Assembly: GCA_964575235.1 (NCBI GenBank)
Contig: CAZNQG010000003.1
Coordinates: forward strand, 1-59,692
Direction: 5' to 3'
Source: an uncultured Bacteroides sp.
GTDB taxonomy: Bacteria > Bacteroidota > Bacteroidia > Bacteroidales > SM23-62
Length of the DNA: 59,692 bases
Each line of letters starts with the position of its first letter. The stretch's first letter is position 1. Of the stretch, positions 39,173 to 50,097 are shown piece after piece. The notes beneath the pieces are model-generated. The model was not told where the DNA came from. It saw nothing but the letters and a program-made list of their open reading frames with translations, and searched no databases. The position numbers and the translations under genes were made by a program.

Positions 39173-41101
39173 ATGAGATTCCTTTTGGCATCGGCCCTGA
39201 TCCTTTTATCCTTTGCGCTTCATGCACAGGATGAATATTCCACCGACAACAAAAGGGCCATTGGGCGATACGAGATGGCCAAGAGATATTATGTGCTGAG
39301 GGATTATTCGAACGCGTCCGACAAGTTGCTGGAAGCCGTCCAGGCCGATCCCGAATTCGTCGAAGCCTGGCTGCTGCTGGGACAGGTGCAGACCGACGCA
39401 GGGAACCTGGAAGCCTCGGTTGAGGCCTACAACCGTGCCGTTGAAATTGACCCCCTGTTCTTTCCCAATGCGCTGTTTTTCCTGGCGGAGAACGAAATGG
39501 CCCTGGGCAAGTACTACGATGCCAGGGTGCATTACGAGTGGTTCCTTGCCATGGGAGACATCAGCCCGAGAATGCGGGAGGCAGCCCTGAAATCGCATGC
39601 ATCCTGCAGCCTGGCCATTCATTCCCGTGAGAACCCGGTTCCCTTCAAGCCGGTGAACCTGGGTCCCAACATCAACACGCAGTACGACGAATACTGGCCC
39701 AGCCTCTCCGCGGATGAATCCATGCTGGTATACACCATGCTTCTCCCCATCGATGAAAACAATCCCGCCTTCCATGGGAACCGGCAGGAAGACCTTTATT
39801 ACAGCAGGTTTGTGGACGGAGAGTGGCAGAAGGCCAGAAACGTGGGTTCGCCACCGAACACATCCGATAACGAGGGCGCCCAGACCATTTCAGGCAACGG
39901 TCTGCTGATGGTTTTTACCGGTTGCATGCGCGACGACGGACTCGGTCTCTGCGACCTGTATTTCTCTGAGAACCGGAACGGTAACTGGACCCTTCCCAGG
40001 AATATGGGGCCGCCCGTAAATACACCCTACAGCGAGAAACAGCCGGCGCTGTCATCCGACGGGAGGAAGCTTTATTTCAGCTCCAACCGTCCGGGGGGAT
40101 TCGGGGATTACGATCTCTGGATGTCGGTGCGAAATGATGACGGAACCTGGAGCGAGCCGGTTAACATGGGCAAGAACATCAATACGGAAGGATCGGACCA
40201 ATCCCCTTTCATGCATCCCGACAACAAAACCATGTATTTCAGTTCAACCGGCTGGCCCGGGATGGGGGACTTCGATATATTCATGTCCCGTAAAACCTCT
40301 GACACCAGCTGGTCCGAACCCCTGAACCTGGGATATCCGATCAATACCCATAATGCCGAGCAGGGGCTGATCGTGAATTCCCGGGCGAACATGGCTTATT
40401 TCGCATCCGACCGGCTCAGCGGGAAGGGCTTGGACATATTCTCCTTCGAACTCTACTACGATGCCCGGCCCAACCGGGTTTCCTATATGAAGGGGAGGGT
40501 CTATGACTCCGAAACGGGGAGGCCGCTGGAGGCCAAATTTGACCTGATCGACCTGGAATCATTCAAAACGGTTATCAGTTCCAATTCCGATCCCAGTAAC
40601 GGTGAATTCCTCGTGGTTATCCCGGTGGATGCGGATTATGCACTGAACGTTAACCGGCCGTCCTACCTTTTTCACTCGGAAAACTTTTCCTTCGACAAGG
40701 TCTACAGCCGGGACGAACCCTTTTACATGGACATTGCCCTGAAGCCCATCAAGGTGGGGGAGAAGATCACGCTTCGTAACGTATTCTATAAAACCGACTC
40801 ATTTGCCCTCGATTCACGTTCCAGGGTAGAGCTTGATAAGGTAGTGAACCTCATGGAAGCAAACTCGACCATGGTCATCGAGATCGGGGGACATACGGAT
40901 AACACAGGCAGCGATGCCCACAATGTTACGCTTTCGGGCAGGAGGGCGGAGGAAGTGGCGAAATACCTGGTATCCAGCGGAATTGCCAGGAGCCGGATCA
41001 GCTACAGGGGCTATGGGATGCACATGCCCGTGGCCACGAACGACACGGAGGAAGGAAAGGCCCTGAACCGGCGCACAGAGATGAAGATCATACAGAAATG
41101 A
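39173..41101 (+). CDS. TPR-PD40-carboxypeptidase-regulatory-like-OmpA_C protein (PorE-like)
   Basis: TPR-like helices, PD40 repeats (P..SSDG..LYFSSNR), C-terminal GHTD...LS..RA...NRR peptidoglycan-binding domain. Confidence 0.88.
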   Translation: MRFLLASALILLSFALHAQDEYSTDNKRAIGRYEMAKRYYVLRDYSNASDKLLEAVQADPEFVEAWLLLGQVQTDAGNLEASVEAYNRAVEIDPLFFPNALFFLAENEMALGKYYDARVHYEWFLAMGDISPRMREAALKSHASCSLAIHSRENPVPFKPVNLGPNINTQYDEYWPSLSADESMLVYTMLLPIDENNPAFHGNRQEDLYYSRFVDGEWQKARNVGSPPNTSDNEGAQTISGNGLLMVFTGCMRDDGLGLCDLYFSENRNGNWTLPRNMGPPVNTPYSEKQPALSSDGRKLYFSSNRPGGFGDYDLWMSVRNDDGTWSEPVNMGKNINTEGSDQSPFMHPDNKTMYFSSTGWPGMGDFDIFMSRKTSDTSWSEPLNLGYPINTHNAEQGLIVNSRANMAYFASDRLSGKGLDIFSFELYYDARPNRVSYMKGRVYDSETGRPLEAKFDLIDLESFKTVISSNSDPSNGEFLVVIPVDADYALNVNRPSYLFHSENFSFDKVYSRDEPFYMDIALKPIKVGEKITLRNVFYKTDSFALDSRSRVELDKVVNLMEANSTMVIEIGGHTDNTGSDAHNVTLSGRRAEEVAKYLVSSGIARSRISYRGYGMHMPVATNDTEEGKALNRRTEMKIIQK

Positions 41102-42684
41102 ACATCCGGATAAGAATATTACAATTCCTCGACCGAAAGGGGAGGCAGCTTCTGCTGCTCAGCGGAGCCTTCGTCCTGCATGCTGCAATTTTTGCCCAGG
41201 GAACTGGAAAACTGGACCTGGAGAAACTGGACGGATATATCGCGGAATCCATGGAGGCATGGCATGTACCGGGGCTAGCCATTGCCGTCGTCAAGGACGA
41301 CAGCGTAACTTTCGCACGGGGGTATGGCGTGAGGGAATACGGCCAAGCAGGGAAGGTCGATGCACATACTGTTTTCTGCATTGCATCCCTGGCCAAGGGA
41401 TTTACCACATCGGCCCTGGCCAGACTGGTGGATCAGGGAAAGATGGACTGGGACGACCCGGTCCGAAAATACCTTCCCGGTTTCACCTATTACAACGACT
41501 GGGTGAGCGGGGAGATCCGGATCCGGGACCTGCTGTGCCACAGGACCGGACTGGAAACCTTCAGCGGAGACCTGCTCTGGTATGAAACGGACTATACACC
41601 CGAGGAACTTCTGTACCGGATCCGATTCCTGGAGCCGGCTTACGGATTCCGTTACCGCTTTGGTTATTCAAACCTGATGTACCTGGCAGCGGGGGAGATC
41701 ATTCCCAAGGTTTCCGGCAAGAGCTGGGGTTCTTTTGTCGACAGCAATCTGCTGCAGCCGCTTGGGATGGATCGTACCTTCCTGGCAGAGGAAGATTTCC
41801 TGCAGGACACCAATTTCGCCCGGCCTCACCACGTGGACATCCTCGACGAACAAACCCAGGTTCTTCCGGACCTCAGGCTGGATCATATTGCTCCGGCCAT
41901 GGGAATGAATTCAAGTGTAGCGGATCTTTCCCGGTGGATCCGCTTCCAGTTGAACATGGGGAACTGGGAAGGGCACCAGATTGTGAGTGCCGAGAACCTT
42001 TGGGAAACCCGGGAATTGAATACGAGCCGCTCCCTTGATATGGGCAGTTCACGCATCTGGCCCTCCCGGCATTTCGATGGTTACGGATTAGGCTGGGAGC
42101 TCTTCGATTACCATGGATGGAAGGTTATCGGGCACGAAGGGGGAACCGACGGCATGCTTTCACGAATCGTAATGGTGCCGGAAGAGAATTTTGGTTTCGT
42201 TATCCTGACCAACAGCATCAGCGCTCTTCCGTTGGGATTGGAATACTATATACTCGATCAGTACCACCAGGGGCTTAGCTACGACTGGTCATCCATATAT
42301 CTGAGGAACTCAAAATTCATCATGCAACAGATCCGGGAGGATTGGGAGGAATACCTTGCGTCTGCAGACCGGAACTTGAAACTGAGCAGTGAACTCCCGG
42401 AATACACCGGCCTGTACGGATGTGACCTTTACGGTGACGTGAAGGTAAGCCTGGGATCCGAAAAGCTTGTTGTGGATTTCCTGCCCTCCGACCGTATGAT
42501 CGGAGACCTGGAGCCCTTCTCCAGGGATACCTTCCTGATACGGCTCAGGGACATGCCGAACCTGCCCCAGGGTACGGTGAAATTCACACTCGATGCTGAT
42601 GGGAAGGTGACCGGGCTGGAGATTGATATACCAAACCCGGATTTTGACTTTACGGAACTCAAACTGAAGAAATACAGCGAATAG
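41098..42684 (+). CDS. Serine hydrolase, beta-lactamase-related family, with C-terminal DUF3471-like domain
   Basis: SLAK (SxxK), YSN, LLCHRTG, HEGG; ATGA overlap with upstream gene. Confidence 0.85.
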   Translation: MNIRIRILQFLDRKGRQLLLLSGAFVLHAAIFAQGTGKLDLEKLDGYIAESMEAWHVPGLAIAVVKDDSVTFARGYGVREYGQAGKVDAHTVFCIASLAKGFTTSALARLVDQGKMDWDDPVRKYLPGFTYYNDWVSGEIRIRDLLCHRTGLETFSGDLLWYETDYTPEELLYRIRFLEPAYGFRYRFGYSNLMYLAAGEIIPKVSGKSWGSFVDSNLLQPLGMDRTFLAEEDFLQDTNFARPHHVDILDEQTQVLPDLRLDHIAPAMGMNSSVADLSRWIRFQLNMGNWEGHQIVSAENLWETRELNTSRSLDMGSSRIWPSRHFDGYGLGWELFDYHGWKVIGHEGGTDGMLSRIVMVPEENFGFVILTNSISALPLGLEYYILDQYHQGLSYDWSSIYLRNSKFIMQQIREDWEEYLASADRNLKLSSELPEYTGLYGCDLYGDVKVSLGSEKLVVDFLPSDRMIGDLEPFSRDTFLIRLRDMPNLPQGTVKFTLDADGKVTGLEIDIPNPDFDFTELKLKKYSE

Positions 42685-42695
42685 ACAGAACTTGC

Positions 42696-42908
42696 ATGGA
42701 ATGTAACAAAGACAGAAATTCACAGTACTGCAATTGCAGCTATCCCTGCAGCAAACACGCCGTTTGCTGCGACTGCATTCATTATCACCGCAGGATGGGA
42801 GAACTCCCCGCGTGTTATTTTCCCGATGATGCGGAAAAGACCTTCGACCGATCCATTGATTATTTCATCAGCCTCTGGGAAAAGGACCGGGGTTCCTGGC
42901 TGAACTGA
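42696..42908 (+). CDS. Small Cys-rich protein (DUF6485-like)
   Basis: 70 aa with 8 Cys: CNCSYPC...CCDCIHYH...LPACYF; 11 nt after upstream stop. Confidence 0.75.
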   Translation: MECNKDRNSQYCNCSYPCSKHAVCCDCIHYHRRMGELPACYFPDDAEKTFDRSIDYFISLWEKDRGSWLN

Positions 42909-42955
42909 ATCCGCGCCTGCGTTCCCGTGATTCCATTTCCCGGGAATACCCCGGT

Positions 42956-45900
42956 TTATTTCCCGCTTTTATCGGGACCAGCAGGAGGCGGCGGGACCGG
43001 TGCGTACTGGTCGAGCTGTCCCATGATAACCTCGATGGCCTTATTCAGCTGTTCATCCTCCCCGGCGTATTCCTTTGCAGGGTCGTTGTCGATGTAAATA
43101 TCCGGCTCCACCCCGTGATTCTCGATGATCCATGCGCTTTCCGTGGCTGAATAGGAACCGAATTCGGGACGCATCATGATGCCTCCGTCAATAAAGGCCA
43201 GGGTGCCGCGTATGCCGACTACGCCACCCCAGGTGCGGGTGCCTATGACGGTCCCGAGCTTATGCTTCTTGAACTGGTAAGCGAACAGGTCCCCGTCCGA
43301 TGCAGAGGCATAATTGATCAGCAGGACCTTGGGCCCGAATACCATTCCTCCGGGAACCGGGTCCCCGGTCTTGACTTCCCGTAACGAGAATGCAAAGGAC
43401 AGTTCCCGGCGAAGGCGCTCTATGACGATCCGCGATACAAATCCTCCGCCGTTGCCCCGGTCATCGATGATCAGTCCCTTTTTATCCCGGAGCTGGGGAT
43501 AATAATAACGGGCAAAGATGTTGAGTCCGTGAACCCCCATATCCGGTATGTGGATATAACCGATCTGTCCCCCGGTGGCCTCGTTTACCTTCCGGATGTT
43601 GTCCTGGACCCATTTGTAGTAATACAGCTCGGATTCATCGCCGAGGGGAACGACCAGCTCATCGTGGGCCCCGTCCGGTGAGGGACTTGAATTCACCGAG
43701 ATCCGTATGGTTTTTTCTGCTGTATTTACCAGGGAAGCGTATATATCCTGCATTTCCCGGGTCGATTTCCCGTTGACGGCAAGGATGTAATCCCCCTCTT
43801 TAACGTTAACACCGACCTCGGTGAGCGGTGAACGAAACTCGCTGCTCCAGTTGGCACCTTCCAGGATCTCATCGATCCGGTAATACCCGGAGGCATCCCT
43901 GGAAAGTACTGCTCCCAGCAGTCCGGTCTGAATGCGTTCCGGTCCCTCCAGTCCCGGAGGAGAATTCACGTAGGCATGCCCGATGCATAATTCGCCGATC
44001 AGTTCCCCGATCACGTAGGTCAGGTCTTTCCGGTGATTGACATAGGGGATCAGGACATCGTATTTCGCGTGCATGGCTTCCCAGTCCAGGCCGTGCATGT
44101 TCTCCACGTAAAAGAAATCCCGCATCTGCCTCCAGCTCTCGTCGTATATCTGCTTCCATTCCGCGCGGTAATCCGTCATGACCTGCATGTTCGACAGGTC
44201 AACGGCATCCGTAATGCTCACCTGCCCCGATGGCGGGTCGATGACGGCATACTTTCCGTTCTGCCTGACAAGCATCTTACTCTGGTTGGCCGAGAGGGTA
44301 AAGAGCAGGTTTGCGCCCAGTTCGGTTTCCTTTTTGGTCTTCAGGTCGAATACCTTGGCCGATCTCTGTCCCCTGTCCTCTCCTGCAGCGTAGTACACTT
44401 TGCCTTTTGCAGGCTGCAAATTTCCGTAATTCATTGCAGCAACGGGCAGGGAGATGATCCTTGAATTCAATCCTTCGACGTCGATCTTCGTGGTTTTCGT
44501 TTCCTGGGCATCCGTCTTGTCCTGCCCGTTCTTGCCTTTATCGCCTTCTTTATCTGCATCCGTGCCGACCTTTACCTCGTCGTTTTCCGGTGCAAAGGGC
44601 GAAGGGGTATCCTTTGCAAGGGTCATCAGGTATATCTTCTGCATGTTGGTGTATGCTATGGTCAGCTCCGTGTTGGAAAAGGTGGGATTGAAATCCCGGT
44701 TCGAAACGAAGTACAGGTATTTCCCGTCGGGGGAGAAGCGGGGACTGCCGGATTCGTACCAGTTGTCGGTTGCCGTGTGGATCTTTCCGGACTCGAGGCT
44801 GTACAGCCGGATGACCCCGAATTCGTTTGCATCGGCTTCCCGGAATGCGATCCAGCGGCTGTCCGGCGACCAGTCAAAATCGTTCAGTTCGGTATTGCCT
44901 GATTGATGCACCAGGGTCGTTTTCTTGCTGGCAACATCCACGACCTGGAGCCGGAGCTTGCGGTCGCTGAAGGCGATCTTCTTGCTGTCGGGAGACCATT
45001 TCAGGTCGTATAGATAGTTTTTGTATCCGGGTGTGAGTGAAACGGGTTTCTCCGAACCATCCTGCTTCTGGATGTAGACTTCATACTCTCCCGACATATC
45101 GGACAGCCAGGCAATGTACTTACCGTCCGGCGACCAGGTTGCACTGCGGTCGTGCGCGCCGGAGCTCTGTGTAAGGTTCCGGGTGATCCCTTTCTTGGCC
45201 GGCAGGCTGAAGATTTCTCCTCGCGCGGCAAAAAGAACCCGTTCGCCGTTCGGGGACAGGTCAGCGCTCCTTATTTCCTTGCTTGCATCCTTCAGTTCCG
45301 TGCGGCTGTAGGCAAGGTCATTGGCAATCCGGATGGGGACCTTGGCATATTCCTTGGTATGGATATCCAGCTTGTAAATGAAACCCCCGTTTTCGAATAC
45401 GATACGGTCCTTGCCCAGAGAAGGGAATTTCACATCATACTCGGTAAAGTTTGTCACCTTGCTGGTCTGCCCGGTGCCTGTATTATACACAAATACGTTC
45501 ATCGTCCGGTCACGGTCCGACAGGAAAAATATTTCTTCACCGGCCCACATGGGAATAATGTCCTGTTCATTGTTATCGGTTATCTTCCGGGTTTCCCGGG
45601 TGGTGAAATCATGGATCCATATTTCGTCTGCCATGCCGCCCCGGTAATACTTCCAGGTCCTGAATTCCCGGAAAATCCGGTTGTAGGCAAGCTGTTTGCC
45701 GTCCGGCGACCAGGAATGGAACCCGCCTGTGGGCAGTGGGATCTCCTCGCTGAGCCCGCCTTCTGCAGGCACCTTGAAGAGCTGTCCTATGAAGGAATTA
45801 TAGGACTGCTTCCTGGACCGGAAGGTGATGTATTTACCGTCCGGCGTCCAGTCCATCACGATGTTATTGGGCCCCATCCGGTCCGAAACGTCGTCACGGC

Positions 45901-46225
45901 CCAGTGTTGCCGTATAGGTCAGCCGCTTGGGGGATCCTCCTGCAGCCGGTATGACAAACACCTCGGTGTTGCCATCGTACTGGCCCGTAAAAGCGATCTT
46001 GCTTCCGTCGGGGGAGAAGCGCGGGAACATTTCATAGCCGTTGTGGCTGGTCAGTTTCCGGGCGACACCGCCCTCGCTGCTGACCGTGAAAAGGTCACCG
46101 GCATAAGTAAAGACAATCTGGTCGCCGTAAATGGCGGGAAATCGAAGAAGCCTTGCTTCTTCAGCGGCTTGCAGGGACACGGATATCCCGGCAAGCAACA
46201 CAATCATTTGAAATAACTTTTTCAT
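42956..46225 (-). CDS. Tricorn-like S41 protease
   Basis: Signal peptide; two propeller regions (WSPDG repeats), PDZ, GYIHIPDM, DDRGNGGG, ASDGD, GTRTWGG. Confidence 0.93.
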   Translation of the reverse strand: MKKLFQMIVLLAGISVSLQAAEEARLLRFPAIYGDQIVFTYAGDLFTVSSEGGVARKLTSHNGYEMFPRFSPDGSKIAFTGQYDGNTEVFVIPAAGGSPKRLTYTATLGRDDVSDRMGPNNIVMDWTPDGKYITFRSRKQSYNSFIGQLFKVPAEGGLSEEIPLPTGGFHSWSPDGKQLAYNRIFREFRTWKYYRGGMADEIWIHDFTTRETRKITDNNEQDIIPMWAGEEIFFLSDRDRTMNVFVYNTGTGQTSKVTNFTEYDVKFPSLGKDRIVFENGGFIYKLDIHTKEYAKVPIRIANDLAYSRTELKDASKEIRSADLSPNGERVLFAARGEIFSLPAKKGITRNLTQSSGAHDRSATWSPDGKYIAWLSDMSGEYEVYIQKQDGSEKPVSLTPGYKNYLYDLKWSPDSKKIAFSDRKLRLQVVDVASKKTTLVHQSGNTELNDFDWSPDSRWIAFREADANEFGVIRLYSLESGKIHTATDNWYESGSPRFSPDGKYLYFVSNRDFNPTFSNTELTIAYTNMQKIYLMTLAKDTPSPFAPENDEVKVGTDADKEGDKGKNGQDKTDAQETKTTKIDVEGLNSRIISLPVAAMNYGNLQPAKGKVYYAAGEDRGQRSAKVFDLKTKKETELGANLLFTLSANQSKMLVRQNGKYAVIDPPSGQVSITDAVDLSNMQVMTDYRAEWKQIYDESWRQMRDFFYVENMHGLDWEAMHAKYDVLIPYVNHRKDLTYVIGELIGELCIGHAYVNSPPGLEGPERIQTGLLGAVLSRDASGYYRIDEILEGANWSSEFRSPLTEVGVNVKEGDYILAVNGKSTREMQDIYASLVNTAEKTIRISVNSSPSPDGAHDELVVPLGDESELYYYKWVQDNIRKVNEATGGQIGYIHIPDMGVHGLNIFARYYYPQLRDKKGLIIDDRGNGGGFVSRIVIERLRRELSFAFSLREVKTGDPVPGGMVFGPKVLLINYASASDGDLFAYQFKKHKLGTVIGTRTWGGVVGIRGTLAFIDGGIMMRPEFGSYSATESAWIIENHGVEPDIYIDNDPAKEYAGEDEQLNKAIEVIMGQLDQYAPVPPPPAGPDKSGK

Positions 46226-46370
46226 AGGATCTAGATTATGGTTTGAATAGAAATGGATTCAAGAATTGCTTTCTCCGTTCCCGGAGTGAACTGAAAAACA
46301 AGCTAAAAGGGGCATAAGCCCTCATTTTTCCTAATACTCTTAAGCTGGATTAACCAGTCTGGCCTGTATA

Positions 46371-46484
46371 CAAATTTATAATTTCCCCTGAGAAGATCGG
46401 CCTGCTCAGGGTAAATTTTGATCGGGAACTACCATCGGGTGTTGAAAATTGTGTTTTCCGGGCCGGACAGAACTGCTATATTTG
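46371..46484. promoter_or_regulatory. Divergent Bacteroidota -7 promoter elements for tricorn (minus, 46371-46378) and GH3 (plus, 46477-46484)
   Basis: TAAATTTG on minus and TATATTTG on plus both match TAnnTTTG; an imperfect inverted repeat (CCCTGAG...CTCAGGG) lies between them. Confidence 0.55.
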
Positions 46485-46509
46485 CTACGTACCATGTAAC
46501 AGACCCGGA

Positions 46510-49500
46510 ATGAAGCGTCCCGAAAAGATCAGTACGGTCCTCCTGGCCATATTATCCCCCCTGGTTATCTCAAGCTACCATTTCTCCGGTCATCAACAAT
46601 CCGGCGAACGTGTCGACCCTCCCTTTATGGATGCCGGGACAGAGTGGGTTGACTCGGTGTATGAGTCCCTCAACAGGGACGAGCGGATTGCTCAGCTTCT
46701 GATGGTACGTGCATATTCCAATATGGGCCAGGCTCATACGGAATCCATCCTGAAGCTGATTAAAAGGTACAACATCGGGGGCCTCTGTTTCTTCCAGGGT
46801 GGTCCCGCACGGCAGGCCATCCTGACCAATCTTTACCAGGCGGAAGCCAAAACCCCGCTGCTGATTGCGCAGGATGCGGAATGGGGACCGGCCTTTCGGC
46901 TGGACAGCGTCCTGGCATACCCCCGGCAGATGACCCTCGGGGCCATCCAGGGAGAGGAAACAATCCGGCAGATGGGACGGGATGTTGCCGAGCAACTGCG
47001 GATGATCGGCGTCAACATGAACATGGCCCCGGTGATGGACGTTAACAACAATCCCAAGAACCCCGTAATCGGAAGCCGATCGTTCGGGGAAGATCCCTGG
47101 AACGTCAGCAGGAAGGGGATCGCCTATATGGAAGGCATGCAGGAAGGGAGAGTGCTGGCCGTGGCAAAGCATTTTCCCGGCCACGGGGATACGGACAAGG
47201 ATTCCCACCATACCCTGCCGCTGCTGCCTCATTCCAGGGAACGGTTCTGGGACACGGAATTCATTCCTTTCCGGGAAGCCATAGAAAAGGGAATAAGCGG
47301 CATCATGACGGCACACCTGGAAGTACCGGCCCTGGATTCGACGCCCGGCCTGGCTTCATCCCTTTCACAGAAGGTCGTAACCGGGATCCTGAAGGAAGAA
47401 CTCGGGTTCCGGGGGATCGCGATCAGCGATGCCCTGGATATGGCCGGAGCCGAAATGCATCATTCATCCGGGGAACTGGAGGCGCTTGCCTTCAAAGCGG
47501 GGAACGACATACTGCTCCTGCCGTCTTCCGTTCCAAAAGCCATCTCGGAAATCAAACGGGAGATCCGAAGGGGGAACATCACCTGGGAGCGGGTGGAGGA
47601 AAGCTGCAAAAAAATCCTTTCGGCAAAATACTGGGCTGCCATCGAACATCCGCTGGAAATTTCCGGCCTGCATGGTAAACTCAGCGATCCCCGATACCTG
47701 CTTACCCGCTCAGAACTTTACCGGGCATCCCTGACCCTCCTTGAAAACCAGGGGGAGTTCATTCCCCTGAAGCGGCTGGATACGCTGAAGATCGCCACCC
47801 TGGTGATCGGGGATACCTGCCTGAATGAATTCCAGAAAACCGTTGACCTGTACCTTCCCTCGGTCCATTTCAACATCTCCAGGGAAGCGACGGCACAGGA
47901 TTTCCTTGGTCTGCTCTCCGAGCTGGATTCCTTCAACCTGGTCCTTGCCGGCCTGGTCAACACCGATATGAGGGCTTCCAGGAATTACGGGATCACGGAA
48001 AACTCCGTCCTCTTTCTAAACGGACTTACCGCCATGAAGCCAACCGTTCTTGCCTTATTCGCAAGCCCCTATAGTCTGTCGGAATTCGACTTCGGAGAAC
48101 GGCTGATGGGATTGTTGATGGCCTACGAGGATAAGGATCTCCAACGGGGATTCGGTGCGCAGCTGATCTTTGGCGGAATCCGCGCCCAGGGGAAGCTGCC
48201 GGTTTCAAGCGGCGAGAATTACCGGGCCGGAGATGGGATACAGACCGGCGATGCGATCCGGCTTCGCTACGGACTTCCAGAAGAAGCCGGCGTTGATTCA
48301 AGGCTGCTGTACAGGATCGATTCCATTGCCCTGGATGCGATCCGGTCCAAAGCCATGCCGGGCTGCCAGGTACTGGCCGCCCGTAACGGTCTGGTGTTCT
48401 GCCAAAAGACCTTTGGATACCATACCTACCGGCGAAGGGACACCGTCAAATGGAACGACCTGTACGATATCGCTTCCGTCACGAAGATCGTGGCCACACT
48501 TCCCGTTCTGATGAGACTTACACAGGAGGGAAAATTCAGCGTTGACGACAGACTGGGCAAATACCTTCCCGAACTGGATACCAGCAACAAGGGGGACCTG
48601 CTGATCCGCGATATCCTGAGCCACCATGCGGGACTTCATCCCTGGATACCCTTCTACTATTCCACCCTGGAAACCATGGATCCGGACCAGGACCTGATCA
48701 GCCGGGAACTGTCGAGCAGTTACCCCTTCCGGCTGGCCGACCATGTGTTCCTGAATAAGAACCTCGACTTCGTCGAAGGGGCCTATGCCGCAGGCCCTTC
48801 GGAAGAGTACCCCATACAGGTTGCAGATGGGCTCTTCCTGAACAGGAGTTACCGGGACAGCATCTGGCAGCGGATTGTGAATTCAGAACTAAGGAAAAAA
48901 AAGGAGTACCTCTATTCTGATCTGGGGTACTATTTCCTCCAGCCTGTTGCGGAAGCACTCGCCGGAAGCTCCCTGGAGGTGTATACCCTTGAGCACCTGT
49001 ATCGCCCCCTGGGAGCTGCGTACACGAGCTATCTTCCGCTTCAGCATTTCCCGCAGGAACGCATCGTTCCGACCGAGAACGACCTGTACTTCCGGAGACA
49101 GCTTCTGAGGGGATACGTGCACGACCCGGGAGCTGCCATGATGGGCGGCGTTGCCGGGCATGCCGGTGTATTTTCCAACGCAAACGACTTGGCCAAGATC
49201 ATGCAAATGTACCTGAACGGGGGATCCTATGGAGGTGTGCAGTTCCTGGCCGACAGCATCATACGGCAGTACAATACCTGCATCCACTGCGAGGAGGGCA
49301 ACCGCAGGGGACTGGGATTCGACAAGCCCGAAATGGATTATGAAAAGGAAGGGCCCACATGCCGGTGCGTTTCACCGGACAGCTTCGGTCATTCCGGTTT
49401 CACGGGCACACTGGTCTGGGCGGATCCTGAAACGGGACTGATCTACGTCTTCCTTTCCAACCGGGTGCACCCGGACACCGATAATCCCAGGCTGGTTGAA

Positions 49501-49554
49501 ATGAACGTCCGTACCAACATCCAGCAGGTGCTGCACGATGCCCTCATACATTGA
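46510..49554 (+). CDS. GH3 beta-N-acetylglucosaminidase fused to a beta-lactamase-family serine hydrolase
   Basis: QDAEWG, RSFGE, KHFPGHGDTDKDSH (NagZ motif), SDAL nucleophile; C-terminal SVTK, YSD, GHSGFTG. Confidence 0.9.
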   Translation: MKRPEKISTVLLAILSPLVISSYHFSGHQQSGERVDPPFMDAGTEWVDSVYESLNRDERIAQLLMVRAYSNMGQAHTESILKLIKRYNIGGLCFFQGGPARQAILTNLYQAEAKTPLLIAQDAEWGPAFRLDSVLAYPRQMTLGAIQGEETIRQMGRDVAEQLRMIGVNMNMAPVMDVNNNPKNPVIGSRSFGEDPWNVSRKGIAYMEGMQEGRVLAVAKHFPGHGDTDKDSHHTLPLLPHSRERFWDTEFIPFREAIEKGISGIMTAHLEVPALDSTPGLASSLSQKVVTGILKEELGFRGIAISDALDMAGAEMHHSSGELEALAFKAGNDILLLPSSVPKAISEIKREIRRGNITWERVEESCKKILSAKYWAAIEHPLEISGLHGKLSDPRYLLTRSELYRASLTLLENQGEFIPLKRLDTLKIATLVIGDTCLNEFQKTVDLYLPSVHFNISREATAQDFLGLLSELDSFNLVLAGLVNTDMRASRNYGITENSVLFLNGLTAMKPTVLALFASPYSLSEFDFGERLMGLLMAYEDKDLQRGFGAQLIFGGIRAQGKLPVSSGENYRAGDGIQTGDAIRLRYGLPEEAGVDSRLLYRIDSIALDAIRSKAMPGCQVLAARNGLVFCQKTFGYHTYRRRDTVKWNDLYDIASVTKIVATLPVLMRLTQEGKFSVDDRLGKYLPELDTSNKGDLLIRDILSHHAGLHPWIPFYYSTLETMDPDQDLISRELSSSYPFRLADHVFLNKNLDFVEGAYAAGPSEEYPIQVADGLFLNRSYRDSIWQRIVNSELRKKKEYLYSDLGYYFLQPVAEALAGSSLEVYTLEHLYRPLGAAYTSYLPLQHFPQERIVPTENDLYFRRQLLRGYVHDPGAAMMGGVAGHAGVFSNANDLAKIMQMYLNGGSYGGVQFLADSIIRQYNTCIHCEEGNRRGLGFDKPEMDYEKEGPTCRCVSPDSFGHSGFTGTLVWADPETGLIYVFLSNRVHPDTDNPRLVEMNVRTNIQQVLHDALIH

Positions 49555-49576
49555 AAAACCATACAAACCGATTCGT

Positions 49577-49981
49577 ATGAAACCAAGCCATATAGAACAC
49601 ATCGGGATTGCAGTGAGCGACCTGGCCGCCGCAATTTCTTTCTATGAGAATGTCCTGGGACTGGAATGTTATGCGATCGAAGAGGTGGCAGACCAGAAAG
49701 TACGTACCGCCTTCTTCAGGGTGGGGGATACCAAGATCGAACTGCTGGAATCGACCGACCCGGAAGGTCCGGTGGGCAAATTCATCGAAAAACGGGGGGA
49801 GGGCATCCACCATATCGCCTTTGCCGTGGAAAACTCGGCAAAGGCCCTCAGGGAAGCGGAAAGCAAGGGGGTGAAACTCATCGATGAAACCGCCCGGAAG
49901 GGTGCGGAAGGCCTGGAGATCGGCTTCCTTCATCCCCGCTCAACCTTCGGGGTGCTGACCGAGTTCTGCAGCAAGCCTTGA
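49577..49981 (+). CDS. mce: Methylmalonyl-CoA epimerase
   Basis: HIEHIGIAV, KIELLE, GEGIHHIAF, FLHP..TFGVLTE (VOC fold metal ligands). Confidence 0.9.
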   Translation: MKPSHIEHIGIAVSDLAAAISFYENVLGLECYAIEEVADQKVRTAFFRVGDTKIELLESTDPEGPVGKFIEKRGEGIHHIAFAVENSAKALREAESKGVKLIDETARKGAEGLEIGFLHPRSTFGVLTEFCSKP

Positions 49982-50097
49982 TCCCCGCAGGTGACTGGAA
50001 CGGGGATGTGGATCAGCCCGGGCATATTATTAAGCATAAGCCCCGGGACATCGAATCAACGAAAGTCTTTCTATATTTATGCCTGGCTCATTAAGTA

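Noticed and set aside
41098-42684. Possible antibiotic-resistance beta-lactamase
   Set aside because: HEGG in place of KTG and an extra C-terminal domain fit a peptidase/esterase-type serine hydrolase
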